Shown in pieces: positions 25,544 through 32,000 of a DNA stretch of 32,000 nucleotides. Origin of the DNA: Coprobacillaceae bacterium (lineage in GTDB: Bacteria > Bacillota_I > Bacilli_A > Erysipelotrichales > Coprobacillaceae); assembly GCA_963675915.1 (NCBI GenBank), contig OY780959.1:1140001-1172000 (forward strand), in the 5' to 3' direction. Numbering within the stretch: the first letter of the stretch is position 1; every line of letters begins with the position of its first letter. A model generated the notes under the pieces. The model saw nothing but the letters and a program-made list of their open reading frames with translations, made no database searches and was not told the origin of the DNA. The translations under genes and the position numbers were made by a program.

Positions 25544-25793
25544 TTTTGGCCCTCGTTTCAATTTCACTTACTTTTGCTATCGGCTTTTTGATCGTTATTT
25601 TTGCCATGGCTCCAGATTTTCTAAATATTTGGTAAACCAGGCATTCACCGTATTTTATCATTGTTTCTTTTACTGTCATTTTCTCAAATTCTTTTTGCTT
25701 GTTGCATGCAATCTCGATAATTATTTCGTTTTCTGGGTCTTCATTTTTTAAAACCATCTCAACTTTTGTCGTTATTTGCCTCACTCCAATCAA
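25533..25793 (-). CDS. Hypothetical protein (start uncertain)
   Basis: The tracked ORF starts at a TTG with no SD. An internal ATG at 25757 has only a weak SD. Confidence 0.4.
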   Translation of the reverse strand: MIGVRQITTKVEMVLKNEDPENEIIIEIACNKQKEFEKMTVKETMIKYGECLVYQIFRKSGAMAKITIKKPIAKVSEIETRAKNDR

Positions 25794-25962
25794 TCCAATA
25801 CTGGTGCCACTTAGCTCCCTGAAATACTCATTTCCACCTCTTGAAACGCAAATTAATCATGAAAGATAACCTTAATATTATATTGCATCTATGAGATGCC
25901 CGGAACTCCTTACTTAGAGCCGTTTTCAAGGAATTTTCTGTTCCAAATAGTTTTTGTAATTT

Positions 25963-26202
25963 TTAGACACTAAATTCTTCGATGATTTGACTTACATCAG
26001 CTGATACATATTCGCAACTGGTCACCGACTTGACCTCACACAACTGTGCCATCGCAACCTTGGCATCTTGCAAAAGTAAATTGGATTGTTGGAACACCAC
26101 CACCCCAAGGTCCCCGTCAATATCCATCGTATCGGCAATCACCGTCATCATTTCCTTTTCATCAATTGCCTCGGTATAAAACTCAATCTCGTATCTTCGC
26201 AT
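25963..26202 (-). CDS. Hypothetical acidic protein, 79 aa
   Basis: The ORF follows the helicase gene after an 11-bp gap. No motif was recognised. Confidence 0.5.
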   Translation of the reverse strand: MRRYEIEFYTEAIDEKEMMTVIADTMDIDGDLGVVVFQQSNLLLQDAKVAMAQLCEVKSVTSCEYVSADVSQIIEEFSV

Positions 26203-26213
26203 TATTATGCTCC

Positions 26214-27434
26214 TTATTTTTCATAGAATTTTTGATTGATTAGATGAAAATCTGCTGAAATCCTCGCTACCGCATTATTCCGGTTTTTTCCGACATCTAA
26301 GAAAACATGCTTGGTGGGATTGCGAAGGTCCAGTTCGTCTTTCAGATTGAGATTTTCATAGAGCAGAATCACGTGGGTGCTGCTGTTTTCAATCTCACCC
26401 GATGATTTAAGGGAGTTGATGGTGATTTTATTTTCCCGGGCGCTGGTACGGTCAATCTGACTGGCGATGAAAATCAGCACATTATGTTCCAAGCAGAGTT
26501 TCCGCAGTTCCTGCATAACGTAGGTGACCCGATTATATTCACTGGTATTGTAATTGCGGTTACCAACTCCAACGAGCATCACATGATCGATAAAAACGAC
26601 GTTTTGTTTTCCCTTTTGCAGATTGCGGATGATCAATTTTCGCATCCGCTCCAAGGTCAGCGAGCCGCTAAATACCTTCATTTGCGAGGTTATCAGTTTA
26701 TTTCTGCTCTCAAGGACATATTGCTCCTGCTCGTGATTGTATTCCTTAGCCAGCAATTTTTTAATTGGGATTCGAGTCATAATGGCTATCAGCCTTTGAA
26801 GCATTTTTCGATGGGCCATCTCCAGGTTGTAATACTGGACACAATGCTGATTTTCAATAAGATCGGCGGCCAAATTGAGTAGCAATGCTGACTTGCCAAA
26901 TCCCGATGCCCCGGCAATTGTGATCAAATCGTTGGATTCAAGATTCAATAGTCTCCCGAGCTTGGCAAAGTTTTTAAAGTTAATTTTAGAAATACTATCT
27001 TGCAGCGAATCATCCAGTTGCTCATTGGTGATTACATATGACTCAGCGTTTGACTCATGAATCGCGGCTAATTCCTGGAATCGTTTCTTATATTCGTCGT
27101 AGTCGATTTCTCTAATCTGCAGTAGATAATTCAGATTAGCCAATTCCTTGGTCTTATAGGCTCCGATTATTTTCTTCTCGAAAAATCTGAAATTTTCCTC
27201 ATATGCTGATTCGATGACCAAACCATCTAGAATTTTTATCAACATCTCAAAATTCGAATACCCTTGCTCAATAAACTGAACTGGGTCGAATTTCCTGGTC
27301 ATCTTCAAGATCTTGAAGATGGTGGAATATTCTCTTTCTTCAAACATCTCTGCAGTGATGTTGGTGAGCGTCACCAATTCCGGATGATTGGCCAAAATCG
27401 CCATTAAGCTAAATTCGATATCACCGAACATCAC
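26214..27434 (-). CDS. DnaB-like replicative helicase, 406 aa
   Basis: Walker A GASGFGKSALLLNLA, then YYNLEMAHRKML, a Walker B-like VFIDHVMLV, and IASQIDR. Its ATG overlaps the upstream stop (ATGA). Confidence 0.85.
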   Translation of the reverse strand: MMFGDIEFSLMAILANHPELVTLTNITAEMFEEREYSTIFKILKMTRKFDPVQFIEQGYSNFEMLIKILDGLVIESAYEENFRFFEKKIIGAYKTKELANLNYLLQIREIDYDEYKKRFQELAAIHESNAESYVITNEQLDDSLQDSISKINFKNFAKLGRLLNLESNDLITIAGASGFGKSALLLNLAADLIENQHCVQYYNLEMAHRKMLQRLIAIMTRIPIKKLLAKEYNHEQEQYVLESRNKLITSQMKVFSGSLTLERMRKLIIRNLQKGKQNVVFIDHVMLVGVGNRNYNTSEYNRVTYVMQELRKLCLEHNVLIFIASQIDRTSARENKITINSLKSSGEIENSSTHVILLYENLNLKDELDLRNPTKHVFLDVGKNRNNAVARISADFHLINQKFYEK

Positions 27435-28093
27435 AGCAAATCCTCAATTTCATCATAACTAACTTTTGACTGCTTAGATTCGACTGGATATTGCGTAAAT
27501 CCTGAAACCTCAGATTCTCTCAAAGGGTAAAATGATTTCCAGCAATTTTCAATCGACTGATTCACGATCCCAATCTTTTCCCCGTCATCAAATGATAACT
27601 TATCAAGTTTTCGCAGGCCTAACTCCAATGCTCTTCTTGAATACTTTTTGTCTTTTTTCCGAAACTCCAAATAATCCCACAGCGCCGCTTTGAGTTGATT
27701 ATTTGCGGTGTATTCATTGACTAATCTGGAAAGGGTCTGACTGTATATAGTCTTATTTTCTTTTCTTATAATGATAGGAGGTAAATTTTTTTTACTATCC
27801 AGGTCAAATTTCTTTACCCGTTGATTGGTCTGCATGTAAACTTTTTTTACGTGCTTTTGTTGCACCTGTTTTTCGACAATCAAATTCTTTTCTACCAATG
27901 AATTTAGGATGTTCCTAATTGATTGTCTTGATAAATTTAAAGTTTTGGCCAGATATGTAATCCCGGCTTCGTACCAACTTTCGCCGTCCTGAGATATTCC
28001 ATGGACGATTGCATATACCAGCAATTCATTACTTTTCAAGCCCAGTTCGTTGATCATGAACGGCAAGATCACGATGAAATTATTTTCATTCAT
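27431..28093 (-). CDS. Replisome organizer / replication initiator (N-terminal winged HTH, conserved phage C-terminus)
   Basis: HTH-like LLVYAIVHGISQDGESWYEAGITYLAKTLNLSRQSIRNILNSLVEKNLI. The C-terminal pattern is LWDYLEFRKK...IVNQSIENCWKSF. It lies directly upstream of the helicase. Confidence 0.65.
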   Translation of the reverse strand: MNENNFIVILPFMINELGLKSNELLVYAIVHGISQDGESWYEAGITYLAKTLNLSRQSIRNILNSLVEKNLIVEKQVQQKHVKKVYMQTNQRVKKFDLDSKKNLPPIIIRKENKTIYSQTLSRLVNEYTANNQLKAALWDYLEFRKKDKKYSRRALELGLRKLDKLSFDDGEKIGIVNQSIENCWKSFYPLRESEVSGFTQYPVESKQSKVSYDEIEDLL

Positions 28094-28277
28094 GGGTTCC
28101 CCCGACTAAGCGATTTACAATAAATGATATTGCATCATCGCTATCTTTAGCAGTTATTACAATTGCCCTGTCCTGGATTTCAGTATTCATCTTCTCAGGA
28201 TTACTGTAGTAACTATCGACATACTGATTCAATGTTTTTTTTAATTTCTCTCTTTCATTTTGTACTATTTTAAACAT
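28086..28277 (-). CDS. Hypothetical protein, 63 aa
   Basis: GGAG lies 9 nt upstream of the ATG, and the ORF overlaps the next gene by 8 nt. Confidence 0.5.
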   Translation of the reverse strand: MFKIVQNEREKLKKTLNQYVDSYYSNPEKMNTEIQDRAIVITAKDSDDAISFIVNRLVGGTHE

Positions 28278-28320
28278 ATTACCGAACTCCTATTCGAAAT
28301 AAATTTGTCTCATATCCATT

Positions 28321-29163
28321 TTAAATTTTCATTTCCTCTAACAATTTTCGTTGCTGGTCAGAGGATAATTTTGTATATTTTCTAGTAGTAGCCAAATCAT
28401 TGTGCCCCAGAATATCTGCAAGATTAAGAGTTTCCCCCGGATGTGCTTCATTATAGATTTGGGTGAACAAATGCCTGAAGCTATGGGGATAGACTATGTC
28501 TTTGCGAACTTTCGCCAACCCGGCCACCTTCTTTAGTTTACGCCAGACCGTCACCTCTAACATTGGTTTTTCGCCCGATCTAAATAAAGGTCCACTTTTA
28601 ATCCCTTCGGTTTTGGCATATTTGATCAGTTCTCTTCTCGTGTCCTGACGCAACGGCACCCTTCGAAACTTACCCTTATTGTTTACTTGGATATTAGACT
28701 TTTGAATTGCTTCAACCGTAAAAAATTTCAATTCGCCAACCCTAATGCCCGTCGAGATGAGAATCCGCATAATATAATAGGCTTCCCACATCCCGTGCTT
28801 TTTCGCTGTTCGTTCAAGCCTTTTATACTCTTTGAATGTCAGTACCTTTTCGGTGTTAAACTCCTTTTGCTGCTTAATTTGCTTGATTGTACAATCTTTC
28901 CGGTCGATATACTTTAGAAACTTGTTCAACCCGGTAATCCAAGTGTTAATGGTGCTGATTTTCTCAGTCTCATTAAGTATAAATTTTTTGTATTCGATGG
29001 TTAACGCTTTGGTCAGTTCAATGTCCGGATCGGCCCAGTTAATAAATTTGTGGACTGCATTACCGTATACAGCCAGGGTATTTTGAGCCAATTCTTCGTA
29101 TTTTTGTTCTGAGAGCCACTCAGTACAGAGCGAATCTAGTTCATAAAGATAAATGGGAATCAC
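28321..29163 (-). CDS. Xer/Cre-like tyrosine recombinase, ~280 aa, with no arm-binding domain
   Basis: The catalytic set is visible: TGIRVGEL (Arg), HSFRHLF (His-x-x-Arg) and LGHNDLATTRKYT (His...Tyr). The start is uncertain because GTG 29163 lies 1 nt from the SD-like GAGGA. Confidence 0.85.
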   Translation of the reverse strand: MIPIYLYELDSLCTEWLSEQKYEELAQNTLAVYGNAVHKFINWADPDIELTKALTIEYKKFILNETEKISTINTWITGLNKFLKYIDRKDCTIKQIKQQKEFNTEKVLTFKEYKRLERTAKKHGMWEAYYIMRILISTGIRVGELKFFTVEAIQKSNIQVNNKGKFRRVPLRQDTRRELIKYAKTEGIKSGPLFRSGEKPMLEVTVWRKLKKVAGLAKVRKDIVYPHSFRHLFTQIYNEAHPGETLNLADILGHNDLATTRKYTKLSSDQQRKLLEEMKI

Positions 29164-29245
29164 ATCCTCTACAGTATTAATTATTCCAGGCCACTATTGA
29201 TTTCTACTTCTAAATTATTCATAAAAAACATCTATTCAGTTAAAA

Positions 29246-29446
29246 TCACCTCCGTTGATTATTATCATCAAGTTCTTGGGAACTACAATTATTAGGTTTA
29301 TATTTGTATACGTTATAGATCATCGGTATTTTTACCACAATCATAATTATTAATACCGGGATCAGGGCCACACCGTCAAAGCGATGAACCCGAAACCCAT
29401 AAGGAACAATAATAACATACGAAACTGATGCCAAAAATATGATAAT
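29246..29446 (-). CDS. Possible small 2-TM membrane protein with a non-canonical start
   Basis: The tracked TTG start at 29434 lacks a well-spaced SD. GAGGTGG (29459-29453) lies 6 nt before an in-frame ATT at 29446. Hydrophobic segments: IIIFLASVSYVIIVPYGF and VALIPVLIIMIVV. Confidence 0.3.
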   Translation of the reverse strand: MIIFLASVSYVIIVPYGFRVHRFDGVALIPVLIIMIVVKIPMIYNVYKYKPNNCSSQELDDNNQRR

Positions 29447-29478
29447 CCTTTGCCACCTCTTCTGATTTTTGATAATAA

Positions 29479-29745
29479 TTACCTAAATTTTGAAGAGATT
29501 GCTTGATTCAAGGCTTCAATTGTCGAAATAATCGAATTGCATTCGCAATTAACAAATAAATCATACCTATTCAAGTTGTTTTCAATGAAGATTTCCAACT
29601 TCACATCAGCTTTTGGTCTAGTTTCCCAATAAACATTTATCCGAACATTATTAACACCGAATCTACTCTTTAGTATCTCGGCCCACATTTGGCAAAAGTA
29701 AGGTATGGTTTTGCAAAGAATCTCATTTTCTTCAACACTCCACAT
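29479..29745 (-). CDS. Hypothetical protein, 88 aa
   Basis: An ORF in the early operon. No motif was recognised. Confidence 0.5.
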   Translation of the reverse strand: MWSVEENEILCKTIPYFCQMWAEILKSRFGVNNVRINVYWETRPKADVKLEIFIENNLNRYDLFVNCECNSIISTIEALNQAISSKFR

Positions 29746-29800
29746 TTGAATTTCCTTCTTTCCCGTGTTAAAATTAACACGTAAATTCTCGTAATTTACA

Positions 29801-30061
29801 CTAGTAATTAGTCACCGTTGCCGCGGTGGCTTTTCTTTTGTTTACTTTGACATAAGCATCTTCCTTTTCTCCAAAATTTGATAATTTCAAGCCCCGATAG
29901 TCGCGTTGGAATTCGAGAATATCTTGCTGGGAGAACTTCCACCCTTTACCAAGAAATATTGGTTTCAAAATTCTCAATTCAATCAATTCGTTCAGAGCTG
30001 TTGATGAAATGCCTAAATCTTCCTTAACCTCCTCAAATTTGAGCATCTTAGTTTGTCTCAT
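29801..30061 (-). CDS. Small HTH DNA-binding protein (excisionase/MerR-like), 86 aa
   Basis: GAGGAGGTG SD lies 5 nt before the ATG. HTH-like sequence: LKFEEVKEDLGISSTALNELIELRILKPIFLGKGWKF. Confidence 0.6.
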   Translation of the reverse strand: MRQTKMLKFEEVKEDLGISSTALNELIELRILKPIFLGKGWKFSQQDILEFQRDYRGLKLSNFGEKEDAYVKVNKRKATAATVTNY

Positions 30062-30189
30062 ATTGTCACCTCCTCAAAAAAATCAAACAAATATCTCATT
30101 ACAAACCTTGATCAACTTTTTTTATATCTATAATTATTTAGCGCATATTTTAATCCTCCTTCTATCGCTTCGTCGCAAATAAGCGAATA

Positions 30190-30393
30190 TCATTTCAAAA
30201 AAATTAAAACAGCCTTTCTTTCAGTAAGCTCAAGTTTTTCTTTCATTAAGTTGACTTGATTTATTGAAAATGGTTTAGTTTGATCTTCAATTTTCCGATA
30301 GAAAGTCGAAACGTGAATACCTAAGTATTCAGACATAACTTCATAAGAAACGTTCTTTTTCTCCATTTCTTCTTTTAAAAGCCCGTAATTCAT
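30190..30393 (-). CDS. Cro-like early regulator, 67 aa
   Basis: First gene of the rightward (minus-strand) early operon, divergent from the repressor. HTH: SYEVMSEYLGIHVSTFYRKIED. Confidence 0.7.
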   Translation of the reverse strand: MNYGLLKEEMEKKNVSYEVMSEYLGIHVSTFYRKIEDQTKPFSINQVNLMKEKLELTERKAVLIFLK

Positions 30394-30417
30394 AACATCC
30401 CCCTTTCACTTTTTTAT

Positions 30418-30510
30418 TCGCACATATGCGACACATTAACTATAACACCCAAAAACAGCCTCGGTCAACCTTTAATCGCATTTATGCGAAATTATGTTGC
30501 ATTTTTGCGA
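30418..30510. promoter_or_regulatory. Three operators, consensus TCGCA-N4-TGCGA, in the divergent switch region
   Basis: O1 TCGCAcataTGCGA (30418-30431), O2 TCGCAtttaTGCGA (30476-30489), O3 TTGCAttttTGCGA (30497-30510). O2 and O3 are 21 bp apart centre to centre, and both are followed by AATTA. Confidence 0.7.
30439..30468 (-). promoter_or_regulatory. Early (lytic) promoter
   Basis: Minus strand reads TTGACC (30468-30463), an 18-nt spacer, then TGtTATAGT (hexamer 30444-30439). O1 lies at about +1 to +14 and O2 lies just upstream of the -35 box. Confidence 0.6.
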
Positions 30511-30524
30511 AATTAGGATATACT
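30497..30524 (+). promoter_or_regulatory. Repressor (lysogenic) promoter
   Basis: TTGCAT (30497-30502), a 16-nt spacer, then TATACT (30519-30524). The -35 box is the left arm of O3. Confidence 0.55.
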
Positions 30525-30546
30525 TAAAGTCAAAGGAGTGATTTAT

Positions 30547-31326
30547 ATGAGCATTGGTGATCAAATTAGAAAAAGAAGAAAGTCGTTAGGTATGACTGTG
30601 GAACAACTAGCTACTGCTGTTGGAAAAAATAAGGCTACTATTTACAGATATGAAAAAGGGGATATTGAAAATCTTCCCACAACTGTTTTAGAACCTATAG
30701 CCTTGGCATTAAAGACAACGCCTCAATTTTTAATGGGTTGGCTGGATGACCCGGTTGATTATGAGGAGTGGGCAACTAGCAACACTCCTCCAGACCTATT
30801 CATGCCTGGTGAAAAGGATAACTACAGACGATGCAAAGAATGGTATAACGTATTGAATAATAAAGACTCTCATGATTCGTATACATTAATGCCACTGTTT
30901 TTTAAAAGCAATAACAGAATAATTTCCATTAGATTGTTGATTCTTCAAAGGATGCGCCAAAAAGGCTATAACTATAGGCAGTTAGCTGATAAATTGGGAG
31001 TCGACATAGATTATTTGAAAGACTTACTATTCTTAAAGTTAAACACTATCACTGAACTCGAATTAAATAGAATTACTAAATTGTTAGAAATCGAATGGTC
31101 AATTATTACAGGCGACCTAGCGTCTACAGTTGACTCTAATCATGACGCGGTTATAAACCGTTATTACGACCTACAGCTTGATTTAGCAGCACTGTCTTCT
31201 CCGCAACTGGAGTTTGTACATGAGCTAGCACTTGCATTGCCTACATTTAGAGATTCTGATATTAGGCGATTAGCCCAACTCATAAATTTGACATTTGAGA
31301 CAGAAATTGAAATTGAAGATAATTAA
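30547..31326 (+). CDS. Phage repressor, XRE family, with two HTH-like domains and no S24 peptidase domain
   Basis: AAAGGAG lies 8 nt before ATG 30547. HTH 1: LGMTVEQLATAVGKNKATIYRYEKGD. A second HTH-like segment is KGYNYRQLADKLGVDIDYLKDLL. No Ala-Gly/Ser-Lys self-cleavage module is visible. Confidence 0.8.
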   Translation: MSIGDQIRKRRKSLGMTVEQLATAVGKNKATIYRYEKGDIENLPTTVLEPIALALKTTPQFLMGWLDDPVDYEEWATSNTPPDLFMPGEKDNYRRCKEWYNVLNNKDSHDSYTLMPLFFKSNNRIISIRLLILQRMRQKGYNYRQLADKLGVDIDYLKDLLFLKLNTITELELNRITKLLEIEWSIITGDLASTVDSNHDAVINRYYDLQLDLAALSSPQLEFVHELALALPTFRDSDIRRLAQLINLTFETEIEIEDN

Positions 31327-31420
31327 CCTCTAGAATTAACAAAGGGTGCATAAAAGCATGATAGTTTCACTAATTGCATTATCAAAACTACCATAGTAAT
31401 TAAAGGAAGGGATGAAATCG

Positions 31421-32000
31421 ATGACAGTATACAAACAAGACAATATATATCGAGTTGACTTCCGATACTATGATCGTTATGGTAGACGCCAAAGATTATT
31501 CAAGGGTGGATTCAAAACAAAGAAACTGGCTGAAAGATATGAAACCAAGATGAAAAGCGAACTTCTTGAATTTGGAATCATATACGGACGACAAAAAATA
31601 ACTTTGAATGAAGTCTGGAAGGAATATTTAGAGCTGGACGAACGCACAGCACAATCTACAAAAGAGATGCGCTCAATTTATTATGATAAACACATCCGTA
31701 CTCAACTTGGTGAATCATACATTGAGTTACTTGATTATGCCATTATGCAGAGATTCTTCAAAGATTTATCGACTAAGCTTTCAAAAGCCTCTTGCGAAAA
31801 TGTCTATAAAGTATTCAATGCAATTTTTAAATTTTCTTATAATCATCAATATATTAGTCAAATGCCATATCAATCACTTGTAATTAGGGGAAAACCCGGA
31901 CGCAAACATAACAATCAACAAACGATTAGTTACGAGCAATACATTCAGCTTTGTGAATATTTGGAAACGTCCTTACAATCTAAGAAACCAAGGACCCAAT
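31421..32000 (+). CDS. int: Phage integrase (tyrosine recombinase), N-terminal ~193 codons; the rest lies beyond the right edge
   Basis: Not in the ORF track because it is truncated. My translation gives MTVYKQDNIYRVDFRYYDRYGRRQRLFKGGFKTKKLAERYETKMKSELLEF...ITLNEVWKEYLE... This is an arm-binding N-terminal domain followed by a SAM-like core-binding domain. AGGAAGGG lies 9 nt upstream. The frame is open to position 32000. Confidence 0.88.
   Translation, partial: MTVYKQDNIYRVDFRYYDRYGRRQRLFKGGFKTKKLAERYETKMKSELLEFGIIYGRQKITLNEVWKEYLELDERTAQSTKEMRSIYYDKHIRTQLGESYIELLDYAIMQRFFKDLSTKLSKASCENVYKVFNAIFKFSYNHQYISQMPYQSLVIRGKPGRKHNNQQTISYEQYIQLCEYLETSLQSKKPRTQ

Larger units (their letters stand above)
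7681..32000. mobile_element. Temperate siphovirus prophage (HK97-like head module, HNH-associated terminase); the right end is beyond the window and the left end is uncertain
   Basis: A contiguous lysogeny, replication, packaging, head, tail and lysis gene order with an integrase at the right edge. No att repeat can be identified inside the window. Confidence 0.9.

Noticed and set aside
30138-30160. Two-codon mini-ORF (ATG CGC TAA) with a perfect AAGGAGG 7 nt upstream, between cro and the next early gene.
   Set aside because: It could be a leader or translational-coupling device, but a 2-codon ORF cannot be distinguished from a chance SD-ATG juxtaposition by sequence alone. I note it only as something to look at in Ribo-seq data.
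31683-31883. 66-aa plus-strand ORF near the right edge.
   Set aside because: It is out of frame within the integrase coding region. That frame is open from 31421 to the window end and shows arm-binding and core-binding domain features.
1-32000. A look for CRISPR arrays, tRNA/tmRNA genes, rRNA, IS elements/transposases, reverse transcriptase (retron or DGR) and serine invertases.
   Set aside because: I saw no regularly spaced direct repeats, no cloverleaf-compatible GC-rich ~75-nt segments in the intergenic gaps, and no ORF with transposase, RT or resolvase motifs. A visual scan can miss small RNAs, so this is absence of evidence only.

Overview
Everything here comes from reading the sequence and the ORF track by eye. 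No database search was run, so family names rest on visible motifs and gene order. The window looks like a low-GC Gram-positive (Bacillota-type) chromosome: AGGAGG-type ribosome-binding sites (SD), a LysM endolysin plus holin, and no spanins. It has three parts. (1) 1-4532: a Type I restriction-modification (R-M) operon on the minus strand, hsdM-hsdS-hsdR. It is type IC-like, hsdR is cut by the left edge and missing from the ORF track, and hsdS carries a 12-bp tandem repeat in its central spacer helix. (2) About 4.6-7.7 kb: a visibly AT-rich accessory cassette of five small minus-strand genes. These are an XRE regulator and an ImmA/IrrE (COG2856) metallopeptidase with their own strong promoter, an untracked 36-aa basic peptide, a 183-aa Cys-motif protein, and a 228-aa membrane-anchored protein. 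None can be assigned a function. This is the best place in the window for an undescribed defence, toxin-antitoxin or abortive-infection function. (3) About 7.68-32.0 kb: a near-complete temperate siphovirus prophage. Its late genes are on the minus strand: HNH, terS, terL, portal, HK97-type protease, major capsid, connectors, major tail, a tail chaperone pair (G/GT) with a -1 frameshift, tape measure, distal tail genes, holin and GH25-LysM endolysin. The early region holds a sigma-r4-like late regulator, a DnaB-like helicase, a replisome organizer and an extra Xer-like tyrosine recombinase. It also holds a cro/repressor switch with three TCGCA-N4-TGCGA operators. The integrase is on the plus strand and is cut by the right edge. 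Points worth a second look: a 16/17-bp inverted repeat bracketing 91 bp just upstream of the late operon, and the orphan recombinase. Also two tail genes joined in frame across a single TAG, with an SD-positioned AUU start. Also a two-HTH repressor with no self-cleavage domain, and an unresolved prophage boundary. No tRNA, rRNA, CRISPR array or transposase was seen.
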